Below, in pieces: positions 6,998 through 13,731 of a DNA stretch of 13,806 bases. The stretch is from Candidatus Heimdallarchaeota archaeon (lineage in GTDB: Archaea > Asgardarchaeota > Heimdallarchaeia > Heimdallarchaeales > Heimdallarchaeaceae): contig DAOVET010000070.1 in NCBI GenBank assembly GCA_030668825.1, positions 1 through 13,806 of the forward strand, in the 5' to 3' direction. The position numbers were made by a program, and so were the translations under genes. The notes under the pieces are model-generated. The model worked only from the letters and a program-made list of their open reading frames with translations. It had not been told where the DNA came from and did not search any database. The stretch's first letter is position 1. Every line of letters starts with the position of its first letter.

Positions 6998-7997
6998 GCT
7001 TGATCTATCAAGTTTTGAACAATTTTGGCATATTGTTGGAATTTTAGAAAGTTCTTCTAGTCCTTCAGAAGATGAGTGGAACAAATTATTCGATTCACCA
7101 GGTTATAATGCACTTATTACTTCAGAATTTAATAAGGACTTTTTCAAACAAAGTTTTCTTGTAGTTTTTGACCCTGAAAAAGAAGAAACCTTAGAAAAGA
7201 TGCTAGAGGGCAAAACAAGTCGATATCTAAAATATTATTCTCAAGTAAGAAAAAATAAGAAGACATATGAAAAAAATGTAAAACTAATTGAGGAAAAATG
7301 GAAAAAAATCCATGAAAGCATCTATGCAAGAGCTTCCGCTTTTCTACCTTATGGGGAATCAGAGAAAAATCCTACTGTCTCAATTCTTATTTTTGATACA
7401 GATGCAAGAAGTTATGAAACTATAATAATAGATGCAATATTTGCTGATAGATTAGAAGATTTTGTTTCACTAGCTGCTCATGAGGTTCATCATTTCTATA
7501 GAAATCAAATGCTAGAGTATGATAAAGAGGATATAGAAGAAGAAGACAAGGATTTGATCTGGGTAATTAATCAAATCCATGCAGAAGGAATTGCTGATCA
7601 CATTGACAAGGGTCTTTTTATTTATGGCGGTATTGAAACAGCTTTTCCTAAGGCATATGTGAAACATTTCAAAGAAAATGTTAAACGAGCCCCAGAAATA
7701 ATAAAAGAAATTAATACTATTATTGAAAATTTTATCAGTAATAAGTTAACAAATAAGGAATTAGGTTTGGAAATCAAGAAAGTTGTTCCCCTTGCTGGTC
7801 ATCCTTTAGGGTATTATATGGTCAATATCATAATAAAGAATGCACATTTTGATGAACTGATTAGAACTGTAGGTAATCCATTCAAATTCTATGAACTATA
7901 CAATAAAGCTGCTAAACTGGATAGAGAAAAATTACCTTTGTTCTCAGATAATTCCTTAAGTTTAATTGAAGAATTAGAGAAAAAATACGTTAAATAG
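6987..7997 (+). CDS. Putative Zn-dependent metallopeptidase (gluzincin-type; DUF5700-like)
   Basis: AAHEVHH (HExxH), a downstream EGIAD third-ligand motif and GHPLGYYM. No signal peptide. Overlaps the upstream ORF by 11 nt. Confidence 0.75.
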   Translation: MRIKLDLSSFEQFWHIVGILESSSSPSEDEWNKLFDSPGYNALITSEFNKDFFKQSFLVVFDPEKEETLEKMLEGKTSRYLKYYSQVRKNKKTYEKNVKLIEEKWKKIHESIYARASAFLPYGESEKNPTVSILIFDTDARSYETIIIDAIFADRLEDFVSLAAHEVHHFYRNQMLEYDKEDIEEEDKDLIWVINQIHAEGIADHIDKGLFIYGGIETAFPKAYVKHFKENVKRAPEIIKEINTIIENFISNKLTNKELGLEIKKVVPLAGHPLGYYMVNIIIKNAHFDELIRTVGNPFKFYELYNKAAKLDREKLPLFSDNSLSLIEELEKKYVK

Positions 7998-8003
7998 AAG
8001 AGT

Positions 8004-8031
8004 GGAGTTTAGTAAGTTAACTCCCTTTTTT
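8004..8031 (+). terminator. Stem-loop plus oligo-T terminator after the metallopeptidase gene
   Basis: GGAGTT (8004-8009) pairs with AACTCC (8019-8024), followed by C and T6 (8026-8031). Begins 6 nt after the stop codon. Confidence 0.6.
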
Positions 8032-8051
8032 GACAGAAAAACTAGCATTTT

Positions 8052-8540
8052 TTACATCAATTCCTGAAATGCACGTTTAGTTTGATATAGTAGCAAAATG
8101 AGATATAGGATTCCTCCAATAGCTAAGAAATATCTACCTAAATATGCTATAAACAAGAGATAAAGTTGCCATCCTCCTAAGGGTGGGAACAGGAATATCA
8201 CAAAGAATAGAAGATATACTACAGCTGCAAGTAAAGCTGTAACATTTAGGTAGCTTCTGTCAAAGGATTTTATTATTGAAGCAACAATTGCTACAATTAT
8301 GTAAACACCTACAAGAACTATTGAGATGATCATAGAAAATTTATAATTAAACAATGGATTAAGATCAAATGTATCTGGATTTAATGCTACACTAATTGGA
8401 TTAGTATACATTACGTCTCTAACTACAACAAAATGATCTAGAATAATTGGGATTACAAGATTTATCAGAAAGAATAGCAAATGCATTTGAGATATTTTGC
8501 TTTTTGGAATCTCAACTATATCCTCATCTTTAATTTCCAT
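8052..8540 (-). CDS. Hypothetical integral membrane protein (about 4-5 TM)
   Basis: 162-aa ORF with ATG start, several long hydrophobic segments and its own BRE/TATA. No family motif recognised. Confidence 0.75.
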   Translation of the reverse strand: MEIKDEDIVEIPKSKISQMHLLFFLINLVIPIILDHFVVVRDVMYTNPISVALNPDTFDLNPLFNYKFSMIISIVLVGVYIIVAIVASIIKSFDRSYLNVTALLAAVVYLLFFVIFLFPPLGGWQLYLLFIAYLGRYFLAIGGILYLILLLYQTKRAFQELM

Positions 8541-8542
8541 GA

Positions 8543-8576
8543 GGTTTCGTATACTGAAACCAAGATAAATATTTCG
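8543..8576 (-). promoter_or_regulatory. BRE-TATA promoter with a palindrome between the TATA box and the start codon
   Basis: Minus strand CGAAA-TATTTATC (8576-8564), then GGTTTCAGTATACGAAACC (8561-8543), ending 2 nt before ATG 8540. Spacing fits a leaderless mRNA. Confidence 0.55.
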
Positions 8577-8593
8577 TAATCTTTGCTCTTGAA

Positions 8594-9766
8594 TTATATA
8601 TCATTTAACCTTTTTTCAATCCTTAATAGGGCATCTTTAATCGTTTCAAGTTTGTGAGAAAATGAGAATCTAATATACTTCGATCCATCAGATTCCTTCC
8701 TTCCTTTTGTTTCGTAAAAACTTGAATCTGGAACTGTAGCTACTCCTTTATCTTTAACTAAAAAATCAGCGAACTCTAAATCATTCATTCCAAAACTAGA
8801 AATGTCTGCAAGAAGATAGTATGCTCCCTTGGGTTTCATTACTCCAAATCCTAGTTTGCGGAGACCTTTAACTATTTCATCTCGGTTCTTCTGATAACGA
8901 TTTTTGAGTGACTCAAAATAGTCTTCTTGTAAATTATATGCTTTCAAGGCTGCAAATTGCATGATGGAGGGAGCACAAATTGTCAGATAATCATGAACCT
9001 TTCTTATTCCTGTCATTAATTCTTTTTCTGTAGCAACATAACCAACTCTCCATCCTGTGATAGAGAATGTTTTACTATAACCAGAAATAGTAATTGTTCT
9101 CTCGAACATGTTATTTAGACTTGCAGGACTGATATGAACAGCATCATCATAGATAATGTACTCATAAATTTCATCAGTAATAGTGATGAGATTATTATCA
9201 TTACAAATGTCACTAAGAAAGTTCAATTCTTCTTTTGAAAAAACTCTTCCCGAAGGATTGTGAGGTGTATTTATAATAACAGCTTTTGTCTTCTCACTAA
9301 TTTTATTCTTGAAATTCTCCTCATCAATTCCAAAATCTTTCTCAGACAGTTTCACAAAAACAGGTTTTCCATTAGCTAAATATGTGATAGGAACATAATT
9401 TTCATACCATGGTTCTAATACAATTATCTCATCTGAGGGATTAAGTAGAGAGAGAATGCTACAAGCAATTGCTTCACTTGCACCACAAGTAATAGTTATT
9501 TCATCTTCTGGATCATATTGGATTTTATTGTAGGTTTCATATTTACTTGCAATTTTTTCTCTTAGATCATTTCTACCATAGGTAACTGTATATTGATGTT
9601 CACTGTTTTTAATCGCTTCTGTAATCCCTTCTGTGAGTTCTTCTGGAGGCGAATAATCTGGCATCCCTTGAGAGAGATTAATAGCATCGTATTCAATTGC
9701 TTTTCGAGTCATTTCTCTAATAACTGACTCTTGAAAATATGAAAGTCTGTCAGCAAGATGGGTCAT
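8594..9766 (-). CDS. PLP-dependent aminotransferase, class I/II
   Basis: ESVIREMT, INLSQGMPD, ITCGASEA, NTPHNPSG, DEIYE, SGYSKTFSITGWRVGY (PLP-lysine) and YIRFSF. ATG 9766 is preferred; GTG 9784 is the alternative start. Substrate cannot be assigned. Confidence 0.93.
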   Translation of the reverse strand: MTHLADRLSYFQESVIREMTRKAIEYDAINLSQGMPDYSPPEELTEGITEAIKNSEHQYTVTYGRNDLREKIASKYETYNKIQYDPEDEITITCGASEAIACSILSLLNPSDEIIVLEPWYENYVPITYLANGKPVFVKLSEKDFGIDEENFKNKISEKTKAVIINTPHNPSGRVFSKEELNFLSDICNDNNLITITDEIYEYIIYDDAVHISPASLNNMFERTITISGYSKTFSITGWRVGYVATEKELMTGIRKVHDYLTICAPSIMQFAALKAYNLQEDYFESLKNRYQKNRDEIVKGLRKLGFGVMKPKGAYYLLADISSFGMNDLEFADFLVKDKGVATVPDSSFYETKGRKESDGSKYIRFSFSHKLETIKDALLRIEKRLNDI

Positions 9767-9811
9767 AATATCTGCTACATTCACAGCTTATTATTTTTTT
9801 TCTAGAAAAAG

Positions 9812-10717
9812 CTAATCATCCACAGTGAAAAACTGTGTTTTTCTAATATTGATTAAACCAAGCATAGACATATCTTCTATCATATCAATGAAATGGAGGA
9901 AATTCATTGCTGATTCTGCTTTGAAAAAAATATCTAGAAGTGTCTTATACTGGTTACCTATACAATATGTAAGGAGTTTTTCATAAGATTCAAAATCTGT
10001 TCCTTTTCTTTCTCTTTGTATCTTTGGCCATTGTCTTCTAAAAGTGGCATAGGATTTCAAAGAAGCAACTGGAAAAGAGCTTTTAGCATGGAGGATCATA
10101 TCTAACTCAATGATACTCTCTCCTGTAGGGGGTTCTGAAATTTTAGGATCAAGATAAAGAATCATGAAAGAAAGCATTTCTTCATCTAGTAAAACAATCG
10201 CCTCTAATATAGAAGCTAGTTGTTTCAACCAGTCTTCAACAATGTCAATATCAATATTCTTAGATATTTTTGCTTCAATATCAATAAACTCTAACTCGGA
10301 AGTAACTTCAAGCAGCTTCCCAACTCCCTTTTCTTTCAATTGAAAATGGGTCTGCCTTAACCTATCAACGATATTTAAGGATTTAAGATTCTTATATTTG
10401 TAACTCTTTTCAGGTTCGATTTTAGCTATTTTGAAGTCAACTTTTTTGGGAACAGGTATTTGCATTGCAGAGATTTCTTGAGTTGATACATCATCTCCAA
10501 CTCTAACAGGTACTTGTGATCTAACAACCATGTTCTTATCAACATATAGAATGTTAGCATTTAATCTGTCATCTACACAAGGATGAATATCAACATATTC
10601 TACATATCCTTTCTCATCAACAGTATGATGTAATGATTGTAAAACATAGAGGATTCTTGTTTGTTTACAGATATTGCACTCGTAATCTATTTTACGGCGT
10701 CCAGTTTTAATGCTCAA
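9812..10717 (-). CDS. Hypothetical protein with an N-terminal CxxC...HxC Zn-binding domain and a C-terminal winged-helix-like region
   Basis: CNIC (residues 14-17), DIHPC (43-47) and ILYVDKNMVVRSQ. The C-terminus, YEKLLTYC.GNQYKTLLDIF...FIDMIEDMSMLGLINI, has wHTH-like spacing. The TTG start is supported by GAGGT at 10725-10729 (minus strand) with a 7-nt spacer. Confidence 0.7.
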   Translation of the reverse strand: MSIKTGRRKIDYECNICKQTRILYVLQSLHHTVDEKGYVEYVDIHPCVDDRLNANILYVDKNMVVRSQVPVRVGDDVSTQEISAMQIPVPKKVDFKIAKIEPEKSYKYKNLKSLNIVDRLRQTHFQLKEKGVGKLLEVTSELEFIDIEAKISKNIDIDIVEDWLKQLASILEAIVLLDEEMLSFMILYLDPKISEPPTGESIIELDMILHAKSSFPVASLKSYATFRRQWPKIQRERKGTDFESYEKLLTYCIGNQYKTLLDIFFKAESAMNFLHFIDMIEDMSMLGLINIRKTQFFTVDD

Positions 10718-10780
10718 TCTTAAGACCTCTACGATGCTTCATAGGGAGTAATACAATATACCATATTAATTTTTCTTTAT

Positions 10781-10849
10781 TACATTGTTAAATCGGTAGA
10801 ATCTAATAGAAAAAGATGCAAAAATCTTTTAACCGATGAAACAACTGCA
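10781..10849. repeat. Inverted repeat flanking the carS BRE/TATA box
   Basis: The left arm (10781-10797) reads ACCGATTTAACAATGTA on the minus strand; the right arm (10832-10849) reads ACCGATGAAACAACTGCA on the plus strand. They match at 11 of the first 13 positions, then TGYA after a 1-nt gap. The 34-nt spacer holds most of the TATA-like AATCTTTTAA (10823-10832). Confidence 0.5.
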
Positions 10850-10855
10850 TTTTGT

Positions 10856-11455
10856 ATGGATGTTGGAACGTTTTTCCTTTTAGTTTGGTATGCTATGGTT
10901 TTTGGAGCCCCTATATATGCTTGTAATTCTTTCGCTAGTCTTAGTAAATTCATTCCTTTCCTAGGTGTCCCTGTAGATGGGGGGAAAAATTGGAAAGATG
11001 GAAGAAGGATTTTTGGAGATCATAAGACATGGAGAGGGATAATATTTGGAATTATCTTTGGAACTGTTACAGGTGTAGTTGTTTGGTACTTGTGCTACAT
11101 TAAATGGGATGTCTTTGTTCTAGCTGATAAGTATACTACTTCTTTTTCGCCAACAAAATCTGCTTATCCTGTGTTTCCTTGGTACATCGGTTTTTTCATG
11201 AGTATAGGTGATCACTTTGCAGATTTATTAGGGTCGTTTATAAAAAGAAGGATAAACATTCCATCAGGGGGAGCTTTACCACTTTACGATCAAGGCTCTT
11301 GGGTGGTTACTGGTCTTCTGTTTGCTTTACCCTTTGTCTGGGGAGTAAGTCACTTATGGTTTTATGTCATTGCTTTGATAATTGTAACACCAGCTTTGCA
11401 TTTCGTGACAAATATTGCTGCATACTTCCTGAAGTTAAAAGATATTTGGTATTGA
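10856..11455 (+). CDS. carS: CDP-archaeol synthase (CDP-2,3-bis-(O-geranylgeranyl)-sn-glycerol synthase)
   Basis: P.Y..N, PVDGGKNWKDGRRIFGDHKTWRG, DLLGSFIKRR....G...PLYDQ, LH...N..AY..KLK..W, and multiple TM helices. TATA spacing fits a leaderless mRNA. Confidence 0.93.
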   Translation: MDVGTFFLLVWYAMVFGAPIYACNSFASLSKFIPFLGVPVDGGKNWKDGRRIFGDHKTWRGIIFGIIFGTVTGVVVWYLCYIKWDVFVLADKYTTSFSPTKSAYPVFPWYIGFFMSIGDHFADLLGSFIKRRINIPSGGALPLYDQGSWVVTGLLFALPFVWGVSHLWFYVIALIIVTPALHFVTNIAAYFLKLKDIWY

Positions 11456-11481
11456 ATTACCAACTTTTTTATATGATACAG

Positions 11482-11497
11482 CGAAACTATTTTATCC
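11482..11497 (+). promoter_or_regulatory. BRE-TATA promoter of the PAS-domain gene
   Basis: CGAAA-C-TATTTTATCC lies just after the T6 tract (11465-11470) that follows the carS stop. GTGA SD-like sites precede ATG 11541. Confidence 0.5.
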
Positions 11498-11540
11498 GGT
11501 GTAAGAACAGAACACTATTGTACATAAGTGATTGTGAATT

Positions 11541-12620
11541 ATGAATCCTGAAGAGAATGCTACCCTAATTCAAGAAACGTTTGATATCATTTTCCAAAAC
11601 AGTATGGATATGATATATTTGGTAGATATAGAAGGGATAATTCACGATGCTAATATCCAAGCTTGTAGATATCTAGGCAAAACTCTTCGAGAAATAAAAA
11701 ATACCGAATTAAAGAATTTCACTAAGGAAAAGAGAAGTTTTCAGGAATTACTAAAAGATACTAAAGAACAAGGAAGCCAATTTAAACGATTGAATTTCAT
11801 TACAAAAAACAAAGTTGAAATTCCTTTTCATATATCATCAAGTTTAATCAAATCACTTGAGCAAAATTTCATTGTTTTAATGTGTAGAGACATCACTGAC
11901 ATAATTGATTCAGCAATGCAAAGAAAGTTCCTCTTTGAATTATTTCAACACGATTTGTTAAATAATCTCCATGCAGAATTAGGTTATATTGATTTCTTTC
12001 GACGAATCTTTAGCAAAGAAGAAGTTGCTCAAGAGACAGCTGAACAATTGCTCAACAAGATGAGAGATATTACAATCAGATCTATTTATCTCATTCAAAA
12101 TGCAAACATCAATCTCCTTTTACAAGAAGAGAGACCCTTGTATAATCAGAAAATAGCAGATGTCATCACTCATGCTATAAGATACCTCAACAATTTCTTT
12201 GCTAAGCAGATTAGGACAGAAGTAACCCATATGGAAGATCTTGTGATTCTAGGGGATGAATATCTACATAGAATAATTGTTAACCTTATAGTCAGAATGA
12301 TACAGTATACTGATGACAAGGTAGAAGTGGAAATCTATGTAACTAAACCAAAACAGGATAGGATTAACATCAAGTTACATTTTGAGGGAATATTATTATC
12401 ACAAGATGCTAAATCTGAAATTCTGGAAATAGCTGACCTTGATACAAAGAAGCTGGATGTTGCAGTCACACAAAGTATGCTAGAACGATATGGTTTAACT
12501 CTTAAGATTGAGAATGTTAAACGTTTAGGCGAAATAGTTGGAACTAGAATGAATATAACTTTTCCTAATATTGAATGGGAAAAAACTGATGCTGAAGAAA
12601 AACAAAAGAAGAAAAAGTAA
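11541..12620 (+). CDS. Cytoplasmic PAS-HisKA-HATPase protein with a degenerate ATP-binding domain (pseudo-histidine kinase)
   Basis: PAS domain (FQNSMDMIYLVD.EG.I.DAN..AC..LG ... RDIT) and H-box QHDLLNNL (His137). The HATPase scaffold is present (GDEYL..IIVNL, ERYG, GTRMNITFP), but the N, G1 and G2 boxes are substituted. Confidence 0.82.
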   Translation: MNPEENATLIQETFDIIFQNSMDMIYLVDIEGIIHDANIQACRYLGKTLREIKNTELKNFTKEKRSFQELLKDTKEQGSQFKRLNFITKNKVEIPFHISSSLIKSLEQNFIVLMCRDITDIIDSAMQRKFLFELFQHDLLNNLHAELGYIDFFRRIFSKEEVAQETAEQLLNKMRDITIRSIYLIQNANINLLLQEERPLYNQKIADVITHAIRYLNNFFAKQIRTEVTHMEDLVILGDEYLHRIIVNLIVRMIQYTDDKVEVEIYVTKPKQDRINIKLHFEGILLSQDAKSEILEIADLDTKKLDVAVTQSMLERYGLTLKIENVKRLGEIVGTRMNITFPNIEWEKTDAEEKQKKKK

Positions 12621-12633
12621 TTCTCATATGCAT

Positions 12634-13680
12634 CTATGTTTTTCTGCTTTTTATCTTCTTAATACTATAGGGAATTAAAAACTTCGAAGTTTCAAGCAAG
12701 ATATATGCTCCATATATATACAAGAAGAAAACAACTAGCATAGGACCAAAAGATTCACTTGAATACATCCCTTCGAACATCTCACCAAATTGGATTAGAG
12801 GATAAGCTAGAATATATGCTGGATTTGTCGCATGTTCAACTGTATAGGGTGAAGGTATTCCGTTAAAGAGAAAACCTGTTCGTTTAGCTTTCAGTTCATC
12901 GAAGATGGCTTGTTCAGAGAATTCAGATGCATTAAGTGTAGTATAAGAGTAAACAGGCTCAGGTCTGTGCATATCTGTTCCTGTTATCATTCCTAAACCA
13001 TTATCTAGACAGAAATAATATGACTCATTATCAAAAGTATCATAATTTATTATTTCAATATAATCTATCCCCCAATCTCGGAACTGTTCACTTGTTGGAT
13101 GATTTCGACAATAATCCATTGACCAAGGAATATGATTTATCTGTATGATTCCTCCAAGATTGTGAGTATTTATTATTATTTCTTGAATTTCCAAATCAGT
13201 TGGTGTATAAGTGTAGGCACTAAAAGTTAATAATGCTTCATAATCTTCTGCAGTGGTATTAGGCGGAAGAATAACGTTCAAATGGCATCTATCAGTAGTC
13301 CATTCCATTCCTATCAAAACTTTTATTGTGTCATTGAACTCCTGTCGAGCAATCTCTCTGATCTCTTCTATTCCATCAAACGTGTTGTGATCTGTTAACA
13401 CCATGGCATTGAAACCCATCGCTATATGCCAAAGAATATTTTGCCTAGGGGAAAGACTTCCATCTGAGTAGTAGGTATGAGAGTGACCATCTAACAGTAT
13501 ATTCCATTCAGTCTTATTGTAATTAGGAGAGTATGAGAAATCATCCCAGTCAGAATCTGAATACTTATGGTAACCAGGAGTGTCAAATGTTAATGCTATA
13601 GATATACCCAAGAGTGACCAAAGTATAAGATTGAAAATCAAGAATCTTAAAGCTAATTTTTTCCAATATTTCCAATTCAT
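12634..13680 (-). CDS. Membrane-anchored PHP-domain metal-dependent phosphoesterase
   Basis: DGHSHTYYSDG, LTDHN, GMEWT, HLN, NHIPW and GTDMH form a complete PHP metal-ligand set. TM helices at both ends; 5 N-X-S/T sequons in the soluble domain. SD GAGGA at 13686-13690 (minus strand). Confidence 0.9.
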   Translation of the reverse strand: MNWKYWKKLALRFLIFNLILWSLLGISIALTFDTPGYHKYSDSDWDDFSYSPNYNKTEWNILLDGHSHTYYSDGSLSPRQNILWHIAMGFNAMVLTDHNTFDGIEEIREIARQEFNDTIKVLIGMEWTTDRCHLNVILPPNTTAEDYEALLTFSAYTYTPTDLEIQEIIINTHNLGGIIQINHIPWSMDYCRNHPTSEQFRDWGIDYIEIINYDTFDNESYYFCLDNGLGMITGTDMHRPEPVYSYTTLNASEFSEQAIFDELKAKRTGFLFNGIPSPYTVEHATNPAYILAYPLIQFGEMFEGMYSSESFGPMLVVFFLYIYGAYILLETSKFLIPYSIKKIKSRKT

Positions 13681-13690
13681 TGAAATCCTC

Positions 13691-13731
13691 TTCTATTTTC
13701 ACTGAAATAGAATTAGTTACTTTTAAAGATT
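13691..13731 (-). promoter_or_regulatory. TATA box and downstream palindrome upstream of the PHP gene
   Basis: Minus strand AATCTTTAAAAG (13731-13720), then the near-perfect palindrome TTCTATTTCAGTGAAAATAGAA (13712-13691) immediately before the SD. Confidence 0.5.

Noticed and set aside
6890-7329. 64-aa and 61-aa minus-strand ORFs
   Set aside because: Antisense shadows of the YyaL fragment and the peptidase.
9797-9810. Perfect 14-bp palindrome TTTTTCTAGAAAAA between two genes
   Set aside because: Low-complexity A/T arms are expected by chance and are explained by adjoining terminator and promoter tracts.
11299-11544. 81-aa Cys-rich plus-strand ORF
   Set aside because: Alternative frame overlapping carS and running through its terminator and the next promoter; the Cys richness follows from the TG-rich codons of the hydrophobic carS frame.
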